A DNA stretch of 59,549 bases from a virus (Duplodnaviria; Caudoviricetes), in IMG/VR virus record IMGVR_UViG_3300042465_001115, positions 1-59,549 of that record. One strand, written 5' to 3'. Under the pieces are notes generated by a model that did no database searches, was not told the DNA's origin, and worked only from the letters and a program-made list of their open reading frames with translations. The first letter of the stretch is position 1, and the number at the start of each line of letters is the position of its first letter. A program made the translations under genes and the position numbers. Positions 18,991 through 29,300 of this stretch are shown piece by piece.

Positions 18991-20241
18991 TCAACCACCA
19001 GGGGGTCGAAGCCCCGGCGACTTAGACTGGCTACCACCAGTCAGCGATCCGAACAGGGATCCGATGTCCTGTTCCCGCTGGCGGCGACGGCGCTCTTCCG
19101 TGTCATATGCACCACGGATACCCTCGTACCCGGAGGTCATGCTCATCGGCCCTGGCAGTGCGGCCAGCCCAGCCTGTAGCGTACCAATGCGCCCCTGGAC
19201 ACCAGTCTGGTACCCCACGTCGAACTGCGTACCCACATTGCGACCAGTGGCAATGTCGTACCGCCGCGCTTCCGCAGCCGCACGGTCACCCCGGAGTCCA
19301 CGCAGGCCCGCCTGCTTGGCGACAGCACCAGCCACCTGTGCCTTACGGGCACGTTGCAGACCGAAGTACTCGGGGTCGAAGTACTTGGACTCACCGATGA
19401 GACCCTGTGCCGCCTCCAGGCGTTGGTTGAACAACGCCGTGTTCGTCTCACGCAGTTGCCGCAGTTCCTGCGTCTGCTCGTTCAGGAGTCGCTGCTCCTC
19501 AGGAGACAGTCCCTGCCCCGCCAGGGCGGAACCCGCAAGGGCACCAGCCGCACGCAGCGTCAGGTCAGCCAGGGCCTTGGGGTCCTTGAACCGACCGGCG
19601 ATCTCCCCTGGGATGCGCTGTACGGCTTCCGTGAAGGTCCTTGGGGCACCAGTGGTGGTGACCCCTGCTGCGGGAGCCTGCGATGCAAGCATGGGCTGCG
19701 TTCCACCAGCCGTCATGACCGGAGCAGGCGTGCCGGTAGTAGGGGGCATCCTAAGTCCTTGTCCGGCTTCCATAGCTGCCGTATCGAAGGACGGAACACC
19801 GGACGCCATCCCTTCTCCGAGGAATGCTCCCTGAGTCATCAGAGGAGCCGCCGCTGGTGTCGCAGTCGGCAAAGTCAGCCCTGCGGAAGTAGCTGCCGCG
19901 TCAAAGGATGGAACACCAGACGCCACCCCTTCCCCAAGGAACGCACCTTGCGGATTCGAAGCAATAGTCGACTGCATCGACGAGCTTACTGTACCCGGTG
20001 CGTTGAAATACCCCCCTAGGCCACCGCCGATGCCCCCTGTTAACGCCGCTCGTTCGACGTTCCCTCCTAGGGCTGCGGCTGTGGCTGCGTTGATGCCTGC
20101 ACCGACAAGGGCGGAGGTGGCGGTAGTTCCGATAGTGCCGACGACGCCTGCCAGTGCGGCAGAGCCTGCGATCATAGGCGCAACGAATGGAATCGCAACA
20201 GCGACACCCACCATCACGACAGTCTTGAGAGCTTTGCTCAT
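18991..20241 (-). CDS. Probable DNA ejection (pilot) protein
   Basis: Gly/Ala-rich hydrophobic N-terminus; position before the SLT and giant proteins. Confidence 0.65.
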   Translation of the reverse strand: MSKALKTVVMVGVAVAIPFVAPMIAGSAALAGVVGTIGTTATSALVGAGINAATAAALGGNVERAALTGGIGGGLGGYFNAPGTVSSSMQSTIASNPQGAFLGEGVASGVPSFDAAATSAGLTLPTATPAAAPLMTQGAFLGEGMASGVPSFDTAAMEAGQGLRMPPTTGTPAPVMTAGGTQPMLASQAPAAGVTTTGAPRTFTEAVQRIPGEIAGRFKDPKALADLTLRAAGALAGSALAGQGLSPEEQRLLNEQTQELRQLRETNTALFNQRLEAAQGLIGESKYFDPEYFGLQRARKAQVAGAVAKQAGLRGLRGDRAAAEARRYDIATGRNVGTQFDVGYQTGVQGRIGTLQAGLAALPGPMSMTSGYEGIRGAYDTEERRRRQREQDIGSLFGSLTGGSQSKSPGLRPPGG

Positions 20242-20663
20242 AGCGACATCCTTACGTACGAGCAGGACTTGTTGAAGCCGAACTTGCTGCGGTAGATGCG
20301 GGCAAGGCGATCAGGAGCGTAGGCATCGAGGAACTGTACACCGTTGGCACGAAGCCAATCCAGGATCGTATCCCAGTACGCAGCCTTGAACTTCATGAGG
20401 TTGCGCCCTGCCAGGGCGATCACGTCTGCGCCCTTGCGACCGTTGGTCATGTTGAACTGCAACGCCACGATGCAGGCAGGGTCAGCGCCCTCGAAGCCCA
20501 CGAACACAACGGCCATGTCAGTTTGTGTAAGGACGTATACGTCGCCTGCTTCGAGTTCGTCCTTGGCGATCTCGTTGCCCTCACACGCCGCAGTGAGCAG
20601 CGGTTCCAGCACAGGCCACAACTCGGTGACCCGTGCGGGTGTGAGCATCTCGATCTGCATCAT
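20238..20663 (-). CDS. Virion-assembly protein, possible GNAT-like fold
   Basis: 141 aa between tail and ejection genes; ends ...IYRSKFGF. Confidence 0.5.
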   Translation of the reverse strand: MMQIEMLTPARVTELWPVLEPLLTAACEGNEIAKDELEAGDVYVLTQTDMAVVFVGFEGADPACIVALQFNMTNGRKGADVIALAGRNLMKFKAAYWDTILDWLRANGVQFLDAYAPDRLARIYRSKFGFNKSCSYVRMSL

Positions 20664-21433
20664 GCCATCTGGTCCTTACCAATCATGCGGTCGAAGAAGG
20701 CGGTCCCCTTTTCACGGACGATGTGTTCGGGGATGACGTATTCTCCCGTATGCAGCATGGCAAGTACAGGCTTGCTGTCAGGATTCTTCATCGCCCCGCC
20801 TTCCTTCATGGTGGGGATGGGGGCTTCGAGTTCGTACTCATCGCCCTCTTCGTCCTCCTGCTCCATGCCGCCCATGCCACCGCCCATCTGTCGCTGAACT
20901 GCACGCCCCACCAGGAGCAGGATGAACACCAGCCCCTCGTCGTACTGCGGGGGTAGGTCCTGCTCGGTGGCGATGCCCTGCTGGATGGCGAACTTGCGCA
21001 CGTAGGGGTACATCTCCGGATTCTGCGCAGCGACCGTTGCCAACTGGACAACAGTGTTGAGTTCCTGTGGGGTCAACTGTCCGGTCTGCATGACCTCTGC
21101 GATGGCCTGCTGCATCATCTGCACCTGCTCCGGGTGCTGGCTGGCGAACTGGTTGATCTGCATCTCCAGCATCTGCCCATCCATCGGGGCACCGGACTGC
21201 ATCTGCGGGTTCAGCCCTGCCATCGTGGGCTCCACGGAGCCTCCCTCCTGGAACTGCGGCATGAACGTAGACTGCGCAGGCATGGCCGTGTTCAGTCCGA
21301 CGGGAGTCATCGGAGCCTGGGCGGCCATGTCGGGCGTCTGGGTGGAGGACATCGACATGAGACTGGCCAGCGCGGGCGGCAGATCCAGCGATGTGGTCGA
21401 CGCGGGGGTGGGGGAGAGGAAGTTCATGATCAC
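20660..21433 (-). CDS. Met/Gln-rich late protein with GG motifs
   Basis: FQEGGSV, MKEGGAM and AMLHTGEYVIP motifs; coupled to neighbours. Confidence 0.7.
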   Translation of the reverse strand: MIMNFLSPTPASTTSLDLPPALASLMSMSSTQTPDMAAQAPMTPVGLNTAMPAQSTFMPQFQEGGSVEPTMAGLNPQMQSGAPMDGQMLEMQINQFASQHPEQVQMMQQAIAEVMQTGQLTPQELNTVVQLATVAAQNPEMYPYVRKFAIQQGIATEQDLPPQYDEGLVFILLLVGRAVQRQMGGGMGGMEQEDEEGDEYELEAPIPTMKEGGAMKNPDSKPVLAMLHTGEYVIPEHIVREKGTAFFDRMIGKDQMA

Positions 21434-21780
21434 GCCTTCAGTTGTGCGATGAGCGAGTTGACCGTAGCCCGCAGGGACGCCACGTCGTTGGCGAGGGTCT
21501 GCACGTTGGAGAGAAGCTGGTTGTAGTCGTCAAGCGCCGGAACGCTCACACCGCTGATGGTAAACCCCACCCCCTGCGCAGTCACGGTCGTCATGTTCTG
21601 CGCAGCCGGGGCAGACACAGTGATCTGTGCCTTGGTGACCGCACGCAGTGCACCACCCGACCGAGCGCCCGTCAGCAGTTCGACGTTCTCCTTGAGCGCG
21701 TTGAGCGTGGAGTACTGCCAGTTGTTGAGGTCACTCAGTGGGATGTTGGGGACCGCAGCGAAGTTGGGCAGACGCGCCAT
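21430..21780 (-). CDS. Small tail-associated protein with a C-terminal coiled coil
   Basis: Coupled to the 805-aa tail gene. Confidence 0.7.
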   Translation of the reverse strand: MARLPNFAAVPNIPLSDLNNWQYSTLNALKENVELLTGARSGGALRAVTKAQITVSAPAAQNMTTVTAQGVGFTISGVSVPALDDYNQLLSNVQTLANDVASLRATVNSLIAQLKA

Positions 21781-24197
21781 CAGACCTCCCGCAGACCCAG
21801 TGCCGTCTCAGCCAAGTGGATTGCCCGTACCCGGATGTTGCTCTCCACGCCCACCTCGAACGTGTCGGATCGGTACCCGGTGGGCAAGCGGAACGTGTCC
21901 TTGTCCGCCACGGTCGTGGTGAAGATCAGTTGCTTGTCCACCCACAGCTTGAACGTCACGGGGTCGACGCTGCTCCAGGACGCCGTGGTGTTCTGCCACT
22001 GCGTGGACACTGAGTCCCAGGTAGCCGTCTCGGCAGCGTAGTCGGCAATGACACGGGCCGCGCCGAGGTTGATCATGTTCTGGGTGACGATGACCTTGGA
22101 CTTCCACTCCTGGACGACAGGAGGTTGTGAGAGGTTGTCCCACTCGTAGACATCCCCAGCCGTCCCACTGACGTAGTACAGCTTGCCCGTGACACTGTCG
22201 TACCAGGAAGCGGTGAAGATGTATGGAGTGTCTACGAAGTACCCACCGGTACGCTCATCTCGCTCGAAGACGAACGACCCCGCTGAGTGCGAGGCGAAGT
22301 AGGCATCCCCATAGTACTCAGCCACAACCGTTGAGGGGTTGAGTTCAGTCTGCCACGTGTCGTTGTTGTACAGCAGCCGCGTGATCAGTTGTGTGCCGCC
22401 AGTGGACGCCACTGCCAACCCGTCATGGGTGGAGTACACGACGCCGTAGTTCATCGCTACGATGCTGCGACTGTTCAGGCATGGGTACAGCACGTCCACG
22501 CGGGAGACAGACAGCGAAGCCGGATCCGAGCCCTGCACGACGTAGGGATACCCATCCGTCATCACCAGGGCGGAGCCGCCCAGCGGGGCAACCCCCACGA
22601 TCTGATGTTCGATAGTCTGTGCGTAGCCGGTGGGCCATGCGTGCGGACGGCCGATCTCCGAGAAGTACAGCTTGTTGCCGACGAACCCGCAGAGGACCTG
22701 ATTCTGGATGGCCGTCAACCCCTTGAGGTCGTCAGGCGGCGGGTCGTACTCGTCGGACCCCAGGATGTCCAGCAGAAGCGTGGAGTCGAAGTCGTCGGTG
22801 AAGTCGTACGTCCCATCCCCCCAATACCGGGCTGTGGTCGTAGGCGGATTCTGAGAGACATCGTGGTACAGCGTACCCGTAGCCACAGTACTGGCGACAT
22901 CAGCAGCCGCCTGGGCGTACTCGAACGTGTTGTCGTCGACGATGTCAGTGACGATACCGCCCGTGATGTTGAACGAAGCCACCGAGCAGCCGCTGATCTT
23001 GAACCGATCTCCGATGGCGAAGTTGTGTGGGAACGCCAACTGCACCCTGGAGACGTTGCTCGTGCGCTGGACGTTGGCAAGCGCCGTGGGAAACCACAGC
23101 GTCTTGAGGAGGAAGTACTCGGTACCGGAGGCGGACGCCAGCGTCCGATACAGCCGCACACCACGGACGAAGTTGTTGCCGGAAGGTGCGGCGATGGGCA
23201 AGTTGCTCACCGTGACTGTGATGCCTTCCCGGATGAACAGGTTGTCCGACGGCTTGGACGCCACGGACTCTTCGTCCCAGGGGGTGTACCACGTGAAGAC
23301 GTATGACCGGGCCTGCGTGAGTCCGCCAAGGTCTACCTTGCCGTCGATGATGGTGAACGTGGTGGTCGATGGGCCGGGGCTGAAGTAGGTAAACGTCGTC
23401 GCGTTGACCACCGTGCATTCCACGTTGGTTGCGTTGAAGCTGCGGATATCCATCCGCATGTCGCCGCTCGTGGTCGCTGATGTTGCAGCAACAACATCGA
23501 ACGTGTTGAGCGTGACGTTGCTAACAACGAAGGAGCCATCAGTCGCTGTGCCGGAGGTGAAGTCCAGGGAGACCGTAGCTCCGTTGGACAACCCATGACT
23601 GTTGAGGGTCACCGTGAGCGCGGTGCCGACTTGGTTGTACGTCCCGTTGCGAAACGAGAAGCCGGACACCGTGATGAGGTTGCCCGTGCGCAGTCCGTGC
23701 GCCGTACCCGTGATAAGCGTGACGATGCTGCTGGCATCCCGAGCAATGCTCAGGGATATCTTCTGCGTGAACGTAGCCGCAGTCGTCGTGAGCGTGGCGG
23801 AATCGGGCGGAAGCGGCAGGCCGAGATCGTAGTATCCCGCAGGATACGGAGCCGATGCCGTAGCCAGGGCGTACGTGCTGACCTTGGGTACCCCATCCCC
23901 GGTGTAGTAGAACCGCTGTTCTTCAGCGTCCGTCTCGATGGACGTGACGATGTCCACATCCGTCAGCCATGACAGCCACTTCAGATCGCTGGGGTTGCTC
24001 GGATTGCGCAGGGCGTACAGCGTCTTGATCGTGCCAGTGCGCCCCGTGTTGGCGGCTACCACGGGCTGCGGGTAGGGGATCAGGTCGCCTGAGTACAGCT
24101 TGCAGTTGGTCGCAATCTGCGCTGCCGTGTTGGGCAGCAGTTCAGGCGAGATCTTCGGTGCAGTACCGAGGAACGTGGTGATCTTGACGCCAGCCAT
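21780..24197 (-). CDS. Tail nozzle/DNA-stabilisation-type protein, 805 aa, with inserted beta repeats
   Basis: Size and position typical of podovirus tubular-B/gp10-like proteins; LYFSE..RPHAWP motif. Confidence 0.7.
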   Translation of the reverse strand: MAGVKITTFLGTAPKISPELLPNTAAQIATNCKLYSGDLIPYPQPVVAANTGRTGTIKTLYALRNPSNPSDLKWLSWLTDVDIVTSIETDAEEQRFYYTGDGVPKVSTYALATASAPYPAGYYDLGLPLPPDSATLTTTAATFTQKISLSIARDASSIVTLITGTAHGLRTGNLITVSGFSFRNGTYNQVGTALTVTLNSHGLSNGATVSLDFTSGTATDGSFVVSNVTLNTFDVVAATSATTSGDMRMDIRSFNATNVECTVVNATTFTYFSPGPSTTTFTIIDGKVDLGGLTQARSYVFTWYTPWDEESVASKPSDNLFIREGITVTVSNLPIAAPSGNNFVRGVRLYRTLASASGTEYFLLKTLWFPTALANVQRTSNVSRVQLAFPHNFAIGDRFKISGCSVASFNITGGIVTDIVDDNTFEYAQAAADVASTVATGTLYHDVSQNPPTTTARYWGDGTYDFTDDFDSTLLLDILGSDEYDPPPDDLKGLTAIQNQVLCGFVGNKLYFSEIGRPHAWPTGYAQTIEHQIVGVAPLGGSALVMTDGYPYVVQGSDPASLSVSRVDVLYPCLNSRSIVAMNYGVVYSTHDGLAVASTGGTQLITRLLYNNDTWQTELNPSTVVAEYYGDAYFASHSAGSFVFERDERTGGYFVDTPYIFTASWYDSVTGKLYYVSGTAGDVYEWDNLSQPPVVQEWKSKVIVTQNMINLGAARVIADYAAETATWDSVSTQWQNTTASWSSVDPVTFKLWVDKQLIFTTTVADKDTFRLPTGYRSDTFEVGVESNIRVRAIHLAETALGLREV

Positions 24198-24562
24198 CAG
24201 TAGCTCCAGACCATCGGCGTCTTGCGGATGTCCAGGTGGATGAACCTGCCGGTGCCCTTCTGCTGCACACCCAGGCCCGTGAAGCCCAGTTGCAGTCCCA
24301 GGCGTACGATCTCGAACGCATCCGTGCCAGTGGCGGCCACATCGGCCGCCAGTCCTGTGGCGTGCATACCGGGCTCAGGCTTGGCCTTCTCGATGGGGTG
24401 GTCCGGGCAGCGGTAGCCGGAAGAGACATTCATGGGACGCCCGTACGCAAGCCGAAGCTCCTGCAACTTGGCAAGAAACTCCGGCTTCATCTCCGCCTTG
24501 CCGCAGTGCCGACAACGGAACTCGACTTCGGAGAAGTTGGGGTACAGGCTCCAGTCGATCAC
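24197..24562 (-). CDS. Endolysin, peptidase M15 family, 121 aa (GTG start)
   Basis: SSGYRCPDH...HATGLAAD...FIHLD; GTGA overlap with the holin stop. Confidence 0.85.
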   Translation of the reverse strand: MIDWSLYPNFSEVEFRCRHCGKAEMKPEFLAKLQELRLAYGRPMNVSSGYRCPDHPIEKAKPEPGMHATGLAADVAATGTDAFEIVRLGLQLGFTGLGVQQKGTGRFIHLDIRKTPMVWSY

Positions 24563-24960
24563 TTCGTGACGCCCTTCGTTTTCTCGAACGTCCGCAACCC
24601 ACCAATCCCCAGCAGGCCGGACACCACCACCCACAAGAACTCGGTGTCGATGTCAGGAGGCACAGGCCAACCCTTGATCGTTGCAACCCAGGTCAGGAGG
24701 GGCTTGATGATACCCACGTAGGCGAAGGCAGTGCCGCCCACCCAGCCGAAGTACGGACGCCATCCGGCCACCCAGGTACTGGGGTGCGCAGCTTCCTTGG
24801 CGTTGATTTCCAACTGCGCGATGGTCTGCTTGAGTTCCCCCTCCATCGCCATGCGCAGGAAGTCAGCCTCAGCCTGTCGCTTCGCTTCAGGGTCAGGGAC
24901 GAAACGATCCAGGAGGGTCTTGCCGACCTCCAGAATGGGGCCGAGAAGTAGAGGGTTCAC
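24559..24960 (-). CDS. Holin (3TM, GTA-holin-like)
   Basis: GWRPYFGW and LLGIGGLRTFEK motifs; adjacent to the endolysin. Confidence 0.8.
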   Translation of the reverse strand: MNPLLLGPILEVGKTLLDRFVPDPEAKRQAEADFLRMAMEGELKQTIAQLEINAKEAAHPSTWVAGWRPYFGWVGGTAFAYVGIIKPLLTWVATIKGWPVPPDIDTEFLWVVVSGLLGIGGLRTFEKTKGVTK

Positions 24961-25094
24961 TTCTTAGCCTTCAACATGCACTTGCCCATCGCCTTGCACT
25001 TCGCAGCGTTCGGGCACTGCGGACACGGCTTGAACACGGGACCGCCCTTCTGATAGGACATGGGCTTCTTGGCTTGCTTCATCATTCCAGGCAT
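24957..25094 (-). CDS. Small Lys/Cys-rich protein, 45 aa (MPGMMKQAKKPMSYQKGGPVFKPCPQCPNAAKCKAMGKCMLKAKK)
   Basis: AAGGAGG RBS, fills the gap, stop overlaps the holin GTG; absent from the ORF track. Confidence 0.8.
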   Translation of the reverse strand: MPGMMKQAKKPMSYQKGGPVFKPCPQCPNAAKCKAMGKCMLKAKK

Positions 25095-25108
25095 GGTGCC
25101 CTCCTTGG

Positions 25109-25984
25109 TTAGAAAGTGATCGTGTCGCTGCCAGCGGTGAACGTGTAGACCCGATACCCGGCGCGGCTGACGGTTGAGACGGAGTAGGTCAGGCCACCGC
25201 CGACGCTTGTGATCGCCGGGAACGTGTCGGGATAGGCGAGGATGACGACGCCTGAACCGCCCGCTGCGCTTAAACTAATGTTGGTCCCATCGTTGTATCC
25301 ACCGCCGCCGCCACCGCCCGTATTCGCAGTTCCGGCGACTGGATTTACTTGAGCGCCCACAGTGCCGTTGCCACCCGCACCGCCTCCGCCAGAGCCGCCA
25401 CTACCGCCAGTTGTTCTCGTGCCGCCACCGCCACCGCCTCCCGCGTAAGTGACCGAGGAACCCGTGATGCTCGATGCAGTACCTGCGCCGCCGTTTCCAC
25501 CTACCGCAGCGGAGCCACCATCAAACGCTACTGCGTTTGCTCCCACAGCACCCGCGCCGCCACCGCCTGCGCTGCCAAAAGAGATGGACGCAGAAGTCCC
25601 GCCTGCGGTGCCTTGACCCGAAGTGCCCGTACCATTTGCTGATCCGTAGGTAGCGCCCCCGCCAGACCCGCCGTTACCGGCAGTTGCGCCCCCCGCATTT
25701 GCCCCGAAGCCGCCGCCCGTTGAGGTAATGGTAGAAAAAACGGAATTTGCACCAGTTCCCCCGCCAAAACCGGCGGAAGCACCTGCTCCCACCGTGACTG
25801 TATGGCTCGTGCCAACAGTTACTGAAAACCCAGTGGCCGTGCGATATCCGCCAGCACCGCCGCCGCCGCCCAGGTTGTACCCACCGCCCCCTCCACCAGC
25901 AACAACAAGGTACTCAACTGATATAACGACAGGCGCAGCGGCTGCCTGCCGACGCAGGCGAGTCATGAGCGTGGTGTTCAACAC
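25109..25984 (-). CDS. Glycine-rich virion (tail-associated) protein
   Basis: VEYLVVAGGGGGG...GGSGVVILAYP Gly-rich domain. Confidence 0.75.
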   Translation of the reverse strand: MLNTTLMTRLRRQAAAAPVVISVEYLVVAGGGGGGYNLGGGGGAGGYRTATGFSVTVGTSHTVTVGAGASAGFGGGTGANSVFSTITSTGGGFGANAGGATAGNGGSGGGATYGSANGTGTSGQGTAGGTSASISFGSAGGGGAGAVGANAVAFDGGSAAVGGNGGAGTASSITGSSVTYAGGGGGGGTRTTGGSGGSGGGGAGGNGTVGAQVNPVAGTANTGGGGGGGYNDGTNISLSAAGGSGVVILAYPDTFPAITSVGGGLTYSVSTVSRAGYRVYTFTAGSDTITF

Positions 25985-25988
25985 CTTG

Positions 25989-26342
25989 TCAGCCCCGCAG
26001 GCAGAGAATCACGTTGACCGAGTTACCGGAGCCGCTGGCAATGGCGGGCCGGAGGTACAGACCTGCGGTCGTGAACTCGAAGAACCCCGCTGCTGTGGCG
26101 GAGATCACGGTGCCGGAGAGATCCTTCATATCGAAGAAGGTCGTGCCGTCGTTCGACACCTGTAACTTGATGGTAGCACCACCAAACGTTCCTGAGAACT
26201 GCACTGAGCCAGCAACGGCAGCTTGGCCCGAGACAGGGAGGGACGTGAAGGTGTCGCCTGTGACGATACCAGTCCAGGCCACACGGGCAACATCAGCGCC
26301 CTGAGTCTTGATGACGGTGAAAACGGGAGAGACGAGTGCCAT
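25989..26342 (-). CDS. Small beta-sandwich virion protein
   Basis: GTFGGATIKLQVSNDG; AGGAG RBS. Confidence 0.7.
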   Translation of the reverse strand: MALVSPVFTVIKTQGADVARVAWTGIVTGDTFTSLPVSGQAAVAGSVQFSGTFGGATIKLQVSNDGTTFFDMKDLSGTVISATAAGFFEFTTAGLYLRPAIASGSGNSVNVILCLRG

Positions 26343-26362
26343 GATTGGCTCCTGTTAGTTGC

Positions 26363-29300
26363 TTATGCCGCTGTAGTCACGGCTGTCCAAGTCGTACTGC
26401 CGTCGGTGTTGACATACATCCGGTTGTTCGTCGTGGTGCCGTCCGAGCGCAAGTACAGCGACCCCTTAGCCGCTACCAGCGTAGGAGCACCGGAACCGAA
26501 GAAGATGCCGAAGTTCACCGCGTTGCTGAACTCAAAGCCCGCGCCCGCTGTGCCGCCTGCGGGGATGGCTGTCGCACGGTTGGCTTTGATCTTGCCATTC
26601 GTCTCGGTCGATCCGCTTGACGTAAACCGGATGCGCTCGCTGGCAGTAGCAGAACCATCGTTGGCCGTGTTGATCGTCACCATCGTCGGCAGATCGCCGG
26701 CCCCTACAGCGCCGTCGATGTACGCCTCAATCGATGCCACAGAAGCGAACGCCGCCCCGTCCGTAGCCTGGAAAATCAAGCCGCCAAGCTGGTCGCCGTT
26801 CTGTACGATGGTGGTGTCAGTCGGCGTGGTGCCTCGTGACTTGGACAGGACATGAATTGGCCCAGTTGCATCATTGCTGAAGCGGCGGGTCAGCGTGTTC
26901 GCAGTCGGTCCGGTACTACCATAGACCTGCACCGCTTGCGTCGTGGGAGCATCCGACTGCGTGCCGATCAGTAGCCGATTCTTGACACGAGCGTTGCCCT
27001 GCTGCGTTGTTTCGACTGCGAAGTCGTCCTGCGCGAAGCTGTCCTCAACCACGCTGGGGGCAAACGTACCGGGCGTCATATGGAATGCGCCCGCCCACAC
27101 CACTGTATTGGTGACGAAGCTGGTGACCGTGTTCATCACCTGCGCTGTGACTTCCCGCGTCAGCACCGAACTCAAGGCGTAAGTACCTGCGCCGCCCGTG
27201 CCCGTGGTACCGCTGGTGCCATAGGCCTGAATCGTGATGCTGGCCCCCAGCGGATGGATGTCCAGGCCAGTGATGGTTGGGCCGCCGATCAACGTATCGC
27301 CCGCGACAATGACACCAGTGACGCTGGTCACCGTCATGACGTTGCTGCCGTAGGGCACCGTAGCCGTGAACGTAGTACCAGACGCCGCAGCTACATACAG
27401 CACGGCGCTGGCTTTCGTCGTCAGTGGCTGCGACCAGCGAATGAACTGCCAAGTGTTCGCCACCGTGTTACTGCCCAACACCGCAGTTGCACCAGCGCCG
27501 TCGGTCGCGTACACAACAGCCTTGGCCGTGCTCAGGTTGGGCGACAACACCCACACGCCGCATGCCACCGTATCGCCATTGGTAAGGTGCGGCGAGTCCA
27601 GCGAGAGGATCAGCCCGTTACTGACTGTCGTACCGATGGACTGGATTCGTGCGGCCTGCCCGGTGGGGTTGTTGGGACACGGGCTAGGTGGCGTAGCGGA
27701 CCACACCACACCAACAGGCGTAGTGCTGCACCCCACGGGCGGCCCGCCACTAACACCCCACACGCCCGTAGTCGCTGCGGAACCATACACGTTGAACCAC
27801 GGATTGACGAACAGGTTGCCCATAGTCGGCGCACTGGTGGGTGTGCCTTGCAGGCCGACAAGGGATCCGTCCGCGTCATACGCAGGGGTACCAGCCTTAG
27901 TGCGGAGGTTGCCATTGGTGTCCGTCCAGTAGTGCTGCTGACCCATCACCAAGTGGGCCGTATTCCACGCCGACTGCCAGGACAGATTACGCAAAATGAG
28001 GTTCTTGCCTACGCCCTCCGTGATGACGGTGTAGTCAGACGGACCACCTGCCTGACTGAACGAGTCGGCGTAGTAGGTGCTCTGCGCCGCGTATACGATC
28101 TGCGCGTTGGGGTTGATGATGTAGTTGTCCGACGATCCGGTCACCGTGTAGTCCGGCCCCAGGGTGGGGGGCGTGCTGTGGTCCGGTAGGTACCGCACAC
28201 CACTGACCACCATAGGTCCGGAAACAGCCGCCGCATGCGTCAGAGCCAAAGCATAGGTGCCGTTGCCGCCCGTGCCGGTTGTGCCGCTGGTGCCATATGC
28301 TTGCACTACCGCAGGCGTCAGTACACCAGTACCAGTGACCACTGACCCCGCTGCGATGGTGCCGGTGATGCCAGTCACGGTTAGGACGTTGGTACCCGCT
28401 GCAATGCTGCCGGTGAACGTGGCTGCATCCGCGATGAACGGTGTGTTGCTGCCGATGTTGAAGTAGCTGTATGACGACTCCACCCGGTTGCTCTTAGCCA
28501 TCAGGCCCACGGGCATGATAATGGCCGGTAAGTCGGTATTCACCTTGATAGCGTTGATCACGCCCTCGAAGTCATTGCGCTCCACGCGCAGCCCGTTAGG
28601 GTGTCCCAAATCACCGCTGGGCCAGCCGGGGGCAGGCGTGGAACTGCCGGGATCAAGGCGGACAGCATCTACCACCGTGGCGAACGAGCAGTTGATGATC
28701 TTGGTCGCGTTCTGCGCCCCGGCCATACGCACGCCGAAGTCGCTATATCGCGCAAACGCCACCGTATCGGTGGTGGTGCTACCGAGCGAGTTGCTCGACA
28801 AACGATAGACGCCTGCGCCACCGGGCGTACCGGATACCTGCGCTGTCACCACCGTACCCACCGGCAACAGGCTCTGCCCGCCGACAGGTGCTCCCGCCAG
28901 ATCAAACACCACTTGCCCCACAACGATGGTGCCCGTCACTGAGGCCACGGTCATCAGGTTGCTGCCGGAGGTCAGCGTAGTGGTCGCGGTGGTTTGCGCC
29001 ACAAATACGTCTATGCCTGTCCGCGTACGCGTAGTGAAGCCGTCAATCAGCGTCCAGAAGCAACCAGTGTCTCCGTTGCCGGGGGTGAGGTCTTCGAGTT
29101 GAACGGCCGCCCAGCCAGCCTTGTTGAGTCCCAACTCCACCGAACACTTGGCGATGCGCAGGTTGCTGGTGCCTTGGGCCAGAATTGCACCGTTGACGTT
29201 GGCATTGCCACGCTGATCGAACTGCAAGCCTTCGATCTTCAGGCCGTGGTTGTTGTAGCTACCATAAACCTTGATCGCCCAGCTTGTAACAGCCGCACCC

